DNA of 64,000 bases from NCBI GenBank assembly GCA_951406725.2, contig OX597819.1, forward strand, positions 110,484,001 through 110,548,000, given 5' to 3'. The translations under genes and the position numbers were made by a program. The notes under the pieces were generated by a model that was not told where the DNA came from, made no database searches, and worked only from the letters and a program-made list of their open reading frames with translations. Source of the DNA: Octopus vulgaris. Its lineage: Eukaryota. Every line of letters begins with the position of its first letter. Positions within the stretch are counted from its first letter, which is position 1. Shown here in pieces: positions 13,493 to 28,641 of the stretch.

Positions 13493-14879
13493 ATAAAAAA
13501 ATTAAAAACTGGGATTATCCCGAACGTACTAATTATTTTGACCATAAGTCTGCTCAATTAGTGTTGACCTAGGACTACACAACGAAAACAACCAGAGGTC
13601 ATCGGTTTTGCCCTCACTAATAGCGACACCATTATCGTCGCACGACATTACCACCACCACCACTACCACCACCACCACCACCATCATCATCATCACCACC
13701 ACCACCACTACCACCATCATCATCACCACCATCATCATCACCATCATCATCATCATCATCATCATCATCATTATCACCATTATAACTATTAAAACCACCT
13801 TGACCATCATTACAACTGTGGTCCCCAAGAATAATACGTACCGTCTTCAGTATCATCATCATCATCATCATCATCCCCTCCACCACCACCGCCGTCACCA
13901 TCACCACCATTAGTATTAACACAGCACCATCACAACGCTAGAACGTCACTATCACCGCCACCATCTCGTTATACCACGGCACCACCTTTAAATACCCCCC
14001 CTACTCTAAGTCCCCACCATTCTGCTTGACTTACAACACCACCACACCAATATTCAATTACCTCAAAATCAAGATGCCACCATCACCAACTTCGCTACCA
14101 TCACCTCTGCTACCGCTGCTGCCGCCACCATTACCACCACCACCGCTGCCGCCACTAGTGCCTCCGTTATCCCCTCCCTCACCACCACCAGTTCCATTAT
14201 TGACACCACACACACCACCATATCTCAATCCACTCTTTTATCTTTACTGACCAAAGTTGACCCCGTTGCTTTACCGTATCATCCAGGTGTAACCTTCCTC
14301 TATCTTATCTTAACGTCTTAATGTCTCTTCTAAGTATCACTTCTTACCTAGCTTCTCTCTTTCTTTCTCCCTCTCTCTCTCTCTCTCTCTCTGTCTCTTT
14401 CTCTTATGGCCGAGTGGTGAAGAAGTTCGCTTTGCGTTTATGAGATTCTGGGTTCGATACAAGCGTGTGGCATATTGCACTAGTATCTTTTATCATAGCC
14501 TTGGACTCTGTGGGTGGTTGTGGTGGTGGGTATGATGGATACCGACATCACAGAGAATAGACCCGACGCTTCCTTTGCGTGTCGTGAAAGGCTACTAACA
14601 GAGTTTGACAGGATTTGCGTTCCAGCCTCGCCAGTAGCGAGAACCCAAACAAACTCATGGATTGGAGCATTGTCGCCTGAGTAGTTCATAGGTGTCATCC
14701 ACCTGGAATAGTAAGGAATCACAAACAAACGGTGGATGCAGCGACGCGCATACCTCATCTAACTTAACCTGATTTAAGGACAGCCAAAATGTCTTGTGAA
14801 TGAAATTGGAAAGACGGAAATTATATGCAAAATTGTCAAATGGATTGTGTGCTGTAAATCAGTAGAGCCTACTCGTACT

Positions 14880-15138
14880 CTGAGTCATATACTCTGTTGG
14901 TGAGTACAGTGACACACTGATATTTTCTGCTTGAAAATTACGGTAAGTTTTCATGTGTCCATGGAATACCCAGCCACTTACAAATTCAGTGAGCCATATA
15001 CTCTGTTTCCAGATTCTGGAAATGTGACGGAGCTAGTGGGAAATGTTGCTGAGTACAGTGGGCACACTGATATTTTCTGCTTGAAAACTACGGTAAGTTT
15101 ACATGTGTCCGTGGAATACCCAGCCACTTACAAATTCA
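14880..15138 (+). repeat. Local tandem duplication (~150-bp period) containing a SINE family C fragment
   Basis: TGAGTACAGTG..CACACTGATATTTTCTGCTTGAAAA..ACGGTAAG...CCACTTACAAATTCA occurs twice. Confidence 0.8.
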
Positions 15139-15324
15139 ATCAGTGTGTCTTCCGCTTGATCGAACGACTTGAGAACGCTAAATGGATTTCGGCCATTTTC
15201 GACGATTACGCTTGTCGCTGCTTGGACGAATTTTCGTCTCTCTCTCTCTAAGATACATAATATACATAAGATGCATTATCATAGGGTAATTCCCACAGTA
15301 ATTGGGTGATCAACGGTGTATATT

Positions 15325-15412
15325 CTTTTATTCTTTTACTCTTTTACTTGTTTCAGTCATTTGACTGTGGCCATGCTGGAGCAACGCCTTTAGTCGAGCA
15401 AATCGACCCCGG
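15325..15412 (-). mobile_element. SINE family A 3' tail only
   Basis: CTTTTACTTGTTTCAGTCATTTGACTGTGGCCATGCTGGAGC. Confidence 0.85.
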
Positions 15413-16271
15413 GAATACTTTGGATTAAAAGCAATGACATCACCACCAACCTCAACATTGTTTCCTACACTTCCTCACCATCACTATCATAACAATCAGC
15501 ATCACCATCACTACTGTGATTAACATCACTAACAACATCACCACTTCCACCATTACCATTACCTCTACCAATATAACCACCACCATCACCATCACCATCA
15601 CCATCACCACCACTACCGTTGCCGCCGCCGCCGCCACCATCCACCACCACCACCACCACCACCACCACTACCGTTGCCACCACCACCAATAGTGCCAGTC
15701 AGTCCTGTGTTGGTACGTGGCTATCGATGTCTTTGTCAGTAGTGGACAATGGGCTTTCGTCTTCACAGTAGAAACGGCATTTGCTCCGGACATTAGTGGT
15801 CAGTTGAGATTACTGAAAAAAAAAAACAGTAAAGAAAATGTAAGCAGCAATAAAAGTAACAACAAGTCAGCACTGGTCATCATTTTCGCGGGTCATCAGC
15901 CATCTAGCAAGCATTCTAGGAGATAAGGAAAGGCTAATGACCAGTGGCATGAGGCATGAGGGTGGGGGGTCGGGAAGAGTGTTGATAGATAGATGGGTTC
16001 GTTGATTGATAGATGGACAGCGCGTGGTGGTTAACCTGAAGGTCAAACAGATGGATAGTGTACAAAAGGCGACCAAATTTGGCCAACCATATAGACGTGC
16101 AGACTAACAGAGGCATGCGTACACACTCAAGTACACGCACGCGTACGTTCACATCTGTGCGAATAGTGAATGGTGGTGGTAAGTTAAGTTGATCGACTGG
16201 GTGTTCAAACACTTACATACAATCTCACTATCGTACTCTAACACATTCATACACACACACACACACACATT

Positions 16272-16760
16272 TTCTTTTATTCTTTTACTTGTTTCAGTCA
16301 TTTGACTGCGGCCATGCTGGAGCATCGCCTTTTTTAATTGAACAAAACGACCACAGAACTTATTCTTTGTAAACCTTGTACTTATTCTCTCGGATCTCTT
16401 TTGCCGAACTGCTAAGTTACGGAGACGTAAGCACACTAACATCGGTTGTCAAGCGATGGTGGTGGGATAAACACAGACACACACAATATATATATACAAA
16501 TGAACCACATGCAGGAGTGGATGTGCGGTAAGAAGCTTGCTTCGTAATGACATGGTTCCAGGTTCAATTCCGCTGCGTGGCACCTTGGGCAAGTGTCTTT
16601 TATTATAGTCTCGGGCCGACCAAAGCCTTGTGAGTGGATTTGGTAGACGGAAACTGAAAGAAGCCCCTTGTATGTATGTGTATATATATATATATGTATG
16701 TGTGTGTGTATATGTTTGTGCGTCTGTGTTTGTCCCCCCTACATTACTTAACAACCGATA
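16272..16760. mobile_element. SINE family A halves in opposite orientation (3' half minus at 16272-16480; 5' half plus at 16508-16760)
   Basis: Both halves match 45189-45632. Confidence 0.8.
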
Positions 16761-16859
16761 TGGTACATAAAATCGATATGATGCAGAAAGTTGTCATGGA
16801 TCCTTAGGACTTTCCAGGCTAGAGTTTCTAATATCGTCAACGTTTTCTTCGCTGTGTTT

Positions 16860-17260
16860 GACAGTCTGTGGAGAGGAAACAGCATGCACATGGGTCAGAA
16901 ACTGAAGAGTGTCCATCGGTGATAGATTGTTAATCAGTTAAGTGGCCTATTTCTAGATGCAATCCAGATGCCTGTGAGCAAAGAATCAGTACCGTTCCGG
17001 TGCTAGGTGCAGTATTCCATCGTGGTGGTCCTTAGTCTTTTAGAGTGATGTCACTTGTTAGACTTGTTAGAGCTGAAATAGCTTCTGGCTCTAAAGGGAA
17101 AATTAGTACTTGGGCTGCGGTCCTAGCTATGCTACGGATGTGCTTTCGCCAAGAGAGATACATGGAGATTTTGAGTCCTAGAATTTAGATCAACTATAAG
17201 GGACCTAGCTGAGAATCGCTCGTATTTAGGGGTATGCGGTGTGTTAAAGTTTTCTAGATA
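16860..17260 (-). mobile_element. Heavily decayed CR1-type LINE RT C-terminal remnant
   Basis: Frameshifted minus-strand peptides LSWRKHIRSIARTAAQ..FRARSYFS, TMEYCT and LDCI*K*A..DTLQFLTH resemble the post-RT region of CR1-group LINEs. Confidence 0.55.
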
Positions 17261-17343
17261 TGAGTAATGTTTTAGTGTTTTACTGTTATAATAAATAAGG
17301 TTGATATGGTCTCGAAAGAAGTGTATATATATTTATGTATGTT

Positions 17344-17394
<51 letters not shown>

Positions 17395-19069
17395 GTGTGT
17401 GTGTGTGTGTATGTAAATATGTGGGTGTACGAGCGTGTGTGTATATTTGTTTTTATGTTCACATTGGTCTAAAAATATAGCATCGTTGTATATGATATTT
17501 CTTTGTGTCGAATGACTTAAAAGTTCACAATAAACAGAGATCAATATAAAAAGTGTCAAAGTGAAAAAAAAATAACAAAAAGCCCCCCAACTAGCATCAA
17601 TATGATCAACACGACCCTCAAGGGTTGCAATCTTATGGCAAAAATGCAAAACTTGGAACGGCCCCTTTTCTAAGCTATCATACTGTTTCCCCTCTATCAA
17701 ATTTTAATCATAAATCTTGACAGAAATTTGTCGTGAACAAGATGCTCGATTGTACCAACCTAGTGGCTGACTGGTGTTTTATTTTTACTGACACTGAAAG
17801 GACCAAAGGCAAACTATCTCAGTAATTTAATTGAATTGAAAAAAAAATACATATGCGTATGGTGATGGATCTTCGTCGTTTGACGGCGAGGATTCAGGTG
17901 CTCAGTTAACTTAATTAACTGCCTCAGGATTAGCGTATAAGTCGCTCAGCGATTCATAGACGTGTGTGCTCTGAACGGTTTTCTTTTCTCAGGTAGAATC
18001 AGCCTGGCCCAGGGCGTGATAAAGCTATGTCTTTTGAATTCTGAGTGCAATCCACCCGACAGCCGGAGGGTGGGTCATACAATCTCCATCTTTCCAATTT
18101 CAATCACACGTTATGAGTCGACATGAGGCTATAGAAAATTACATTTATCAAAAACTGAAACGAACTCGGAACCTCGTGGTTGCGAAGCGAACTTCTTAAC
18201 CATTCGGCAATATATATACTTATGTACCCCAACCCAAACCATCACCCCCACAGTTTGCCTGCTTCTCTATTAATCAACAAATAAAGGTGAAGGAAGGAAA
18301 GACAGAGAAAAAGAAACAGTAAAAAAAGTTAGGTGAGTACTGTGTGTACGCGTGTGTATGTGTGTGTGCTTCTATGTGTGTGCTTTTCTATGTTTGTATG
18401 TATGTATGTGTATGTGTGTGTGTGTGTGTGTGTGTGTACGCGTGTGTATGTGTGAGTGTGTATATGTGTGTGCGCGTATGCTGATCGTAGTGGTGGTGGT
18501 ACTGTTTTATTTTGCGGAGGTGGGGTTTGGCTTAATAGCTATTTCGTCAACACGTGGTTGGCGTGTGTCAGTGACATGGTGATATATAATGAATGAATAT
18601 CTATGTTCTACTTGTGAACATATTATTATCTTACACCGTGGGCATAAGCCATCCATCCATCCAGCCAGCCAGCCAGCCGGTCAGCAGGCCCTATATTCAT
18701 CCAACAACACTTAAATACTATTTTCTTGATTGTCCGTTTATTGTTAGAATTTACCGTTCCTAACGACAAATAAATTTATAATATTTTGTGAATTTTCCTG
18801 CATTTTATTGGTGTTCAACATTTTTTTTTTCCTTTCATGTTTATTCGGGGGACGAAAGATAAGTGGTCATGACCTTTACGGGACCGCTGAAAGCAGTGGA
18901 AACCACACCCCTCATGCTTGCTGCAATGGAGCAGCAGCGCACGAAGATATTAACTTATATAGCGTGTTTAGACGAAACTATTTGACTAATGTTACATATA
19001 AAAAAATCTCTGACATACATTAAAAATGACACCTAGCAACACTGACACATATAATAACATTGATATACT

Positions 19070-19307
19070 CTTTCTACTATACGCACAAGGCCCGGAATTA
19101 GATTGACTCCAGTACGCAGCTGGTACTTAATTTATCAACCCCGAAAGTATGAAAGGCAAAGTTGACCTCGGCGGAATTTGAGCTCAGAACGTTAAGACAC
19201 GAAATACCGCTAAGCATTTTGCCCGGCATGCTAACGTTTCTTATTTCTTTTTGCCCACAAGGGGCTAAACATAGAGGGGACAAACAAGGACAGACAAAGG
19301 GATTAAG

Positions 19308-19345
<38 letters not shown>

Positions 19346-19690
19346 GTCGTAGTCGTCGTCGTCGTCGTCATCATGATCATCATCGTCATTATGATCATCA
19401 TGATCATCATCGTCATCGTTGTCGTTGTCATCCCTCCCAGCATTTCTTTTTTAACTCTGGTACTTACCGCTAAGTTATGGGAACATAAACAAGCCATCAC
19501 CGGATGTCAAGCGGGGTAGGACACAAGTGCAAATTCAGAGACTTCCAGGGCCGATTAGAATAAGTAACAGTTTAATAATTATCTCGATTCTTCTTCTTCT
19601 TCTTCTTCTTACAAGTAGTAGTAGTAGTAGTTGCTTTTATCGTTTTTCCTGCAAGTTTTCCTGTTACTGTTGCTGTGAATACAGCTGCTT

Positions 19691-19721
<31 letters not shown>

Positions 19722-19722
19722 C

Positions 19723-19773
<51 letters not shown>

Positions 19774-21055
19774 TGCAGTAGCAGTAGTGTGATTTAGGCT
19801 GGTGGATTGGCAGGAAATAACCGAGCAAAATAGCATTGTCTTATTCGTTACGGCTATAAAGTTTTAGGTTCAAAAAGAGCCGGTACTAAGTTTGCTTAAA
19901 TCTTCCCGAATACAATAAAACGAACGATCAGTATGGTATTGGAATCCAGTTAATCTCGAGAGCTTCCACGCCTTGTGTCCGTACTAAAAATTATCAATGT
20001 CATCAATTTAATTATAATTATCATTAAGCGGCAAAGGACGGCGGATTGGCAGAATCGTTTACATGACGGACAAAATGCTAAGTGGTAGTTCGTCTGCCGC
20101 TACATTCTGAGGTCAACTTTGCCTTTCATCCTTTCGGGGTCGATTAAATGAGTACCAGTTACGCACTGGGGTCGATATAATCGACTTAATCCGTTTGTCT
20201 GTCCTTGTTTGTCCTCTCTGTGTTTAGCCCCTTGTGGGTAGTAAAAAAAAGTTGGTATTTCGTTTGCCTTTACTCAATGAGTTCAAATTCCTCCGGCGAG
20301 CTGGCAGAATCGTTAGCACGCCGGATAAAATACTTTGCCGCATTTCGTCCGTCTTTACGTTCTGAGTTCATACTCCACCGAGTTCGACTTTCATCCTTTC
20401 GGAGTCAAAAAAATAAGTACTAGCTGAACGCAGGTCGATGCAGGGCCAGATTAAGATACATCGGGGCCCTAATCACTTAAAAGATTTTGGGGCCTTCATA
20501 AAAGATTATGTAATTCAAAATATAAACAATAACAAACCATAAGATAATTTTTTATTTTTTGAATTGCAACGTCTTTGATCAGATCCTCAAAATTAATATC
20601 AGGTAACACATATGCATCTATACTTACTAAAGATAAAGGCATCCCGAATATTATTTTAGCAAGTTTACAGTGATTTCTTTTGTGCGTTAAACCATTTACC
20701 ATTTCTGTGATGCCTCCTCCTTTCCTTGATGCCCTAAACAGGTGCTTATTTTACTTAATGGTTAATCCAGTGCTGGGTCGATTACATCGACTAGCGGCTT
20801 AACTGAACTTGCTGTCTTTGTGCCTAAATTTGAAAACAAAGGCAGCGAGCTGGCTGAATTTTTTTTAGCACGCCAGGAAAAATGCCTTGCGTCATTTCAT
20901 TCGTCTTTACGTTCTGAGTTCAAATTCCACCGAGGTCGATTTTGCTTTTCATCCATTTGGGGCCGATAAATTAAGTACCAGTTGAACACTGGGCTCGATG
21001 CAATCGACTGACCCCCTCCCATAAAATTTCAGGCTTTGTGCCTATCGCTGAAACG
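19070..21055. mobile_element. Cluster of five or more SINE family B copies (19070-19308 minus; 20038-20250, 20253-20840, 20840-21055 plus; degenerate copy 19800-19990)
   Basis: Repeated heads GGCGAGCTGGCAGAATCGTTAGCACG and the shared central domain. Confidence 0.85.
20441..20775 (-). mobile_element. Internally deleted hAT (Tip100-like) element with 8-bp TSD, inserted in a SINE
   Basis: Imperfect TIRs CAGGGCCAGATTAA/TTAATCCAGTGCTG; flanks GGTCGATG and GGTCGATT; minus-strand peptide LSLVSIDAYVLPDINFEDLIKDVAIQK resembles the hAT C-terminal dimerisation region. Confidence 0.85.
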
Positions 21056-21092
21056 ATTATTATTATTATTACTATTATTATTATTATTATCA

Positions 21093-21163
<71 letters not shown>

Positions 21164-21732
21164 GAGTGAGTGAGACAGCAGTGCATACCATCAAAGTGAC
21201 ACTGGGGTAAAATATACGAAGCCCAGTATACCCATCATGACTACCAGTTTGAGAAGGGTACACTAGGCACATGAATCACAGTCATATGTGCGCGACATGG
21301 TGATCTCGTATCTAGATAATAGCACATGACCTTGCAGGTGGGGCCCTTTTAGAATTTTCTTCTGGTCGAGTAGCCCATCCCGCTCAAAAGGTCCCTGAAT
21401 AAGGTTTGTTTAAGGATATTGAATTAACCAGCCATGTTTCCAAATGTGAATTATCCAAACTCCAAGAATTCCTCTCAACACATGGCTATGAAGCTACCCC
21501 TCTACTTCTGCTCGTGATCAGAGATGCATACATCGTCAGCCACTAAGGGACATGCTCAACTGGTTAAGGTCAAACAACTGACAAGCAAATCTGTGGTATT
21601 GAGCAGAATATTTGCTGTAGCCCATCTTTTATACTAAGACAAAACAATGTGAATGATAACACTTCCAATCAGTTAAGATCAGAAGCCATGAGAGCCACTG
21701 TCTGGTACTGCATCAGGGTAGTACCAGACATT
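21164..21732. mobile_element. ~570-bp non-coding element bounded by (ATT)n and (CTT)n; probable non-autonomous retroelement
   Basis: Complex sequence sharply bounded by trinucleotide tracts; terminal hairpin TGTCTGGTAC/GTACCAGACA. Confidence 0.45.
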
Positions 21733-21869
21733 TTTCTTCTTCTTCTTCTTCTTCTTCTTCTTCTTCTTCTTCTTCTTCTTCTTCTTCTTCTTCTTCTTCT
21801 TCTTCTTCTTCTTCTTCTTCTTCTTCTTCTTCTTCTTCTTCTTCTTCTTCTTCTTCTTCTTCTTCTTCA

Positions 21870-22092
21870 GTAGCTTTATCTTTATAGCGTGCTTTCACTT
21901 CACTACCGAGCGCAGCTCCGTGTGCCTTGGGTATGTGCTGTGATTTGTTATGATGCTCTGATGGTTACTGTATGGAAAGTGTTCTGCGTAGTATGTGTGC
22001 AGTGCCCAGTAGTGCAATTTTCTGTATGTTATATGTGTTTGTAAGTCCTGGTGTTTTTGTTATGTATTTGTCTGAATATTTTCTTTTGTTTT

Positions 22093-22095
<3 letters not shown>
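21870..22095 (-). mobile_element. R4/Dong-type non-LTR retrotransposon 3' end
   Basis: Peptide YITKTPGLTNTYNIQKIALLGTAHILRRTLSIQ* matches the C-terminus of restriction-like-endonuclease LINEs; it abuts a long (TAA)n array, the known target of Dong elements. Confidence 0.8.
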
Positions 22096-22760
<665 letters not shown>

Positions 22761-23540
22761 TCCGCCGGGTTGGGTGGAAAATAAAAAAGAAGACAGCTTT
22801 ATTATTGTGGTTTATAATACACGTTACGGTGTGCTGCTTGGTGATGATGTTTGGTGGTGATGTGGAGAGACGGTGGTTGTTTGATAAGAATTAGTAAACA
22901 AGCGTGGGATCATTCTGAACAAAACTGACTTTTGCTGTTGTTATTATTACTATTATTATCATTGTTGTTGCTGTTGTTGTTATTGTTGTTGATGGAGTGC
23001 TGTTTGTGGTATATGGTGCGACTGTTGAATGAAATATGGCTTGCCTACTACGTCGATACTAACACGCTCCTTAACACCACCATCTTGACCCCTCCGTAAC
23101 ACTACTTCTCGCACAACTAACATTTAGTCGATCTCACGGTCATTAGACAAATAGGGGGCTAGAGGGAAGGAATGGAAAAGGGAGAAGGAATACAGCTTTT
23201 CCCACGCCTAAAGTTAACTACCTGTGGGGGTGATCAGCAAACTCAAATATATCGCAAAAGATACGGATATATGTATGTATATGTGTCTGTATATATATAT
23301 GTGTGTATGTATGTGTGAGTATGTGTATATGCATGTACATACACACACACACACATATATGTATACATACATACATACATACATATATGTCAGTGTGTAT
23401 ATTTATAAATACATACATATATATGTGTGTGTGTATGTATGCGTGAATATGTGTGTATGCATGTACACACACACATATATGTATGCATACATACATATAT
23501 GTCAGTGTGTATATTTATAAATATATACATATATATGTAT

Positions 23541-23629
<89 letters not shown>

Positions 23630-23664
23630 TATATATTCATGTACACACAAATACATGTATATGC

Positions 23665-23695
<31 letters not shown>

Positions 23696-23736
23696 CGTAC
23701 GTACATATATACATACATACATGCACACACACATAC

Positions 23737-23776
<40 letters not shown>

Positions 23777-23784
23777 GTGCGCGT

Positions 23785-23903
23785 GCGAAGCCTGATCAAT
23801 AAGTATCCGGACTGTTGACATAGAAGCGAAGCTAAAGCACACAGTGTGACGATGCTTGGTAAAGATTGACCTTAAACTTTGCTGTGCATGCGAAATAAGT
23901 TGT

Positions 23904-23906
<3 letters not shown>
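23785..23906 (+). mobile_element. Mariner-type terminal fragment
   Basis: CGAAGCCTGATCAATAAGTATCCGGACTG resembles mariner TIRs (CGAGGG..GATCAA.AAGT); single end only. Confidence 0.4.
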
Positions 23907-23941
<35 letters not shown>

Positions 23942-23943
<2 letters not shown>

Positions 23944-24033
23944 TAATCCAAACAAGAAAACAAAAAGACAACAACGCAAGGATGTGGAACAAATAAAGTA
24001 TTATTGGACGCTCAGGAAAGAAGGGAAGAAGGA
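23942..24033 (-). mobile_element. PLE-type 3' end within (TA)n
   Basis: Reverse complement of 43495-43590; a third copy lies at 41563-41628. Confidence 0.75.
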
Positions 24034-24667
24034 ATATATTTATATATATATATATATACATATTAATTGTTTTTTTAATGTCAAGTCATAAACCTTTCAT
24101 TATAGGCACAAGGCCTGAAACTTTATAGAGAGGGAGCTAGTCGATTACATCAATCCCAGTTCATGAACTAGTAAGTTGGCTCACGATCATTAAGGTCGCG
24201 TGTTCGATTCTTGGACCGGACAGAGCGTTGCGTGTTTGATCAAGGCACTTCAGCTGAGAACATGAACCAGCCTAGTTTCGTTTCAGTGTGATCTTCGCTT
24301 CTTCCAGCCGCCACATTCCCGATGTTCCGTTGAGTCAACGGTAGAAAGAAAATCTACCCGTGTCAGCTTGTAACTACAGAGATCTAAAACAAATGACGAA
24401 AGCCTGGTAAATGCTTCTAAATTACACTCGCTCGTGAGTGACTTCCAAGCTTTTATTTTTCGCTTTAACAAACGCTCTGATGATACTCACGCCCTCACAT
24501 ATTCACACACGCTCACGCATGCACACACACACACACTTGTGAGTGAGTGTTTTGTTGATTATTGTTTACAAAATATTGCCTTAGTTTTGTACTTCATGAC
24601 ATACATATACAAACATACATTGACATGATATTCGACACAGATACACTATAATATCTCTGCTTCTCTT

Positions 24668-25450
24668 CTACCTCCTCCTCCTCCTCCTCCTCATTATCAT
24701 CATGATCGTCTCCGTCGTCGTCGTCATGATTGTCGTCGCTGCGTAGTCTTTATCATCATCATCATCATCATTATCATCATCATTAGCAGCAGCAGCAACA
24801 ACAGCAAACGAAGAAAGCTGCCATGAATTGGTTCCACATGCAAGAAGCAGTGGCCAGTTCACCCTCAAACGAATGTCTTGTGTCTTTTCACAGAAGATAG
24901 AGACATTGAATAGGGTCTTTCTGTATTTCTTGCTCTACAAAATGACAGGATTGCCATGGACTGAGAACTTTTATTCATAGGTTTCCCATTTCAGATACGA
25001 TCAGGAGCCAAGCAATAATAATATCACTGTTACCTTTGCATCATCGTCATCATCATTATCATCGTCTCGTCGTCGTCATCACCACCATCATCATCATCAT
25101 TATCTTCAACTCCTACCAACAGATCCATCAACACATGCACCAGTACTACTGCCAAGAAGACCACCAACGGCAGCAGCAACACAGCTACTGTTCCAACATC
25201 ACCAACTACACTAGTATTGCCAGCAACACCAAAATCACCTCCAGCAGCAGCAGCAGTAGTATCATCACAAGCAGCAGCACTACTACTACCACCACCTCCA
25301 CCACCACCATCACTACCAATTCTACCACCACCATCATTATCATCATCTTCGTCATTATCATCATCTTCTTCACCACCAACACCACCACCACCAACAACAA
25401 CACCATCATCATCATCATCATCATCATCATCATACAATCATCATCATCAA
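24668..25450. repeat. Low-complexity trinucleotide mosaic (CAT/CCA/GCA)
   Basis: Directly visible. Confidence 0.8.
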
Positions 25451-25964
25451 TACCACTATCAGTACCAAGACCATATTTTCGAATGGGAGCAGCTATTTCG
25501 CCATTTGCCCATTCACTCATCATCGTTTCATGTGACACCGAGGTATGTGGCGCTGGTGGTGGTGGTGTAAGCGATACTGGATCTGGTGTACACAAACACA
25601 CACACTTGTACTGTATATATATGTATATATATATGTATATATATATATGTGTGTGTATGTGAAAAGGGGGCGCCTGTCTCCAAAACTTTAAAGTTGAGTA
25701 ACGTCTTCATGCTTGGATTTGTAAACTGCAATAACACTGGTCCGCAAAGAATTTGTCTCAAGAAAAAGAATATTTGTATCATATATTTTTGCATGCAGAA
25801 TTCAAAGATAATGTCAAATTATCTGTATCACCCAAAGTTTCTCTGTTCCACGATATCCCTCTTAGATCCTGTTACGTGGGCCAAATTTCAGTTAAGCTGT
25901 TGAAATGTGAAGCTAACGGTTTAAGAAATACTCCTCATTTAAATGTTTATGTATAGAGATACAC

Positions 25965-26283
25965 TCCGACGGTTATGACGACGAGAGTCCCAGCTGATAC
26001 GATCAACGGAACAGCTTGCTCGTGAAATTAACATGCAAGTGACTGAACAATCCACAGGCACGTGTGCCTCTAACGTAATTTTCAGGGAGATTCAGTGTGA
26101 CACTGAATTTGACAAGGCTGACCCTTTGAAATACAGGTACAACTCATTTTTGCCAGCTGAGTGGACTGGAGCAACGTGAAATAAAGTGGCTTGCACAAGG
26201 ACACAACGCGTCGCCGGGAATTGAACCCATGAACTTATAATAGAGAGTCGAATGCCCTAACCACTAAGCCATGCGCCTTCACA
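25965..26283 (-). mobile_element. SINE family C (tRNA head, CORE/V-like domain)
   Basis: Minus strand: A-box TGGCTTAGTGG, B-box GGTTCAATTCC, then GTGTCCTTG.GCAAG.CACTTTATTTCACGTTGCTCCAG; head shared with 32915-33093 and 34905-35200. Confidence 0.85.
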
Positions 26284-26580
26284 TTTATGTATAAAATAAA
26301 CCTAGTGAAATCATAAATCCAGCTATCTGAGTCAATGAGTCGCTGAAGCTTGGCAATACTGAGTCGATGAATCACTGATGCTTTGTCAATACTGTGCTTG
26401 AAATGTAGGTGTGCAGTTGTGTACTAAGTTCATATATTCCATTCACCTTCATAATGCCAAGAAACGGTATAAACATCGCAAACAACTTTTGCTATATATG
26501 ACAACATATGTAAAATATTAAGACAATTGTCGAAAAATATCTATAATAAAATTCTAATTGATAAATATAATTTTTTTATA

Positions 26581-26882
26581 AAAACAAAACACACAGGTGG
26601 AGTAAATCTCGTGGTGTGAAGAATCAACACAACATGCAGATGAGTGAAACACGACACAACGTGCGGTTGTCGTGGTAACAAGCTATTAATGTCTCGCTGT
26701 CTGTTGATTGGCTAAAATTACCCAAATTTCCCAACTTTAATTCCAAATAACATCAAATTCTTTAACTTACGAGATAAAGTAATTGGTTGATCGTAATCAA
26801 AATTCAGAGTTGCATCGATACACCAAAATTGAAAAGCGATCTGAGCAAAATTAAAGGGGGCTCATTTTGCGAATGAAACTAG
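26581..26882. mobile_element. Dispersed repeat, probable DNA-transposon terminal region (copy 2)
   Basis: Similar to 13177-13492. Confidence 0.75.
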
Positions 26883-26911
26883 ATCCATTCATTCATACGT
26901 ATGTGTAAACA

Positions 26912-26987
<76 letters not shown>

Positions 26988-26988
26988 A

Positions 26989-27078
<90 letters not shown>

Positions 27079-27106
27079 ATCTGTCTGTCTGTCTGTCTGT
27101 CTGTCG

Positions 27107-27169
<63 letters not shown>

Positions 27170-27201
27170 ATCTGTCTGTCTGTCTGTCTGTCTGTCTGTC
27201 G

Positions 27202-27279
<78 letters not shown>

Positions 27280-27280
27280 T
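26912..27280. repeat. (TCTA)n/(TCTG)n array with higher-order periodicity
   Basis: Three alternating blocks. Confidence 0.95.
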
Positions 27281-27304
27281 TGCATATACTGGCGTGTATG
27301 TATG

Positions 27305-27501
27305 CTAAGATGCTTCCTTCCCAACTACAAGGTTATGGGTTCAATCACACAGCAAAGCACTTTGGGCGCAAATGTCTTTTACTTTATCCTCCGGCCGACC
27401 AAAGCATTCAAAGTGAATTTGGTTGACCAAAACTGAGAGAATCTCGTCGTATACTTATATACCTACATCTATTCAACTATACATACGTACATATATACAC
27501 A

Positions 27502-27576
<75 letters not shown>

Positions 27577-27850
27577 TGTATGTATATATATATATATATT
27601 TTTGTATGTATGTGTGTGTATATATATATACGTGTGAACGTGTGTGCATGCGTATGCACGTATTATATGTTCATACGCATATGTGTAACGTACTGTATGT
27701 CTCCCTCCCACACCGTTTAACTACCGGTGTTGGTTTGTTTACCTCCCGATGGTCTGCCGGTTCAGCAAAGTAGCAGGCTTGAAGAAAATAAGTACTGGTG
27801 TCGATTTGCTCGACCAAGCACTTTGAGGCGGTGCCCAAGGATGGCCATGT
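27305..27850 (+). mobile_element. Degenerate SINE family A with expanded internal microsatellite
   Basis: GGCCGACCAAAGC head piece and GGCGGTGCCCAAGGATGGCC tail piece. Confidence 0.65.
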
Positions 27851-28295
27851 GTACATGTGTTTGTATGTACGCACACACACACACACACACACATACACAC
27901 ACACACACACACACACAGACACATATTTGCGTATGTATATATACGCATACTAACATAGACTTATGCACACGTATCCCCACACAGATAGACGAACACATAA
28001 ATCTGAAGTGCTGAAAGGGAGTTTATTTGGCATCAGAAATCGTCACTAAACTGAAAGAGCTGTGTGTAAGCTTGTCTATGTATGCATGTGTATATATGTA
28101 TCTACGTATACACGTCTTTGTATACGTGTGCGCATGCGTGCGTGCCTGTGTGTGTGTGTGACGTATCTATTGTTTACATCTGTATGATAGGCAGCGCTTC
28201 CGTTTTACATAGACAATGTGTGTAGGCGTGTTTATATTTTATATTTGAGTGTGTTTATGAAATAAACACAGGTTTAGTAACATAGGGCATCACTT

Positions 28296-28345
<50 letters not shown>

Positions 28346-28419
28346 CAAACACATATATATGTATATATATATATATATGCATATATATATATATAGATAA
28401 ATGTATGTACTTATATCTA

Positions 28420-28470
<51 letters not shown>

Positions 28471-28572
28471 CGTGCATTTATATATACATGCTCACATACA
28501 TACATACATACATACATACATACATACATACATGCATACAAACATACATACCATACATACATACATAATACA

Positions 28573-28641
<69 letters not shown>

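Noticed and set aside
14530-14770. Possible Nin-domain SINE (CCTTTGCGTGTCGTGAAAGGCTACTAA)
   Set aside because: Single degenerate copy; the resemblance is from memory and cannot be confirmed within the window.
25026-25601. Minus-strand ORFs and donor-like AAG|GTAAC
   Set aside because: The frames switch within repeats and no domain is recognisable; cannot support an exon.
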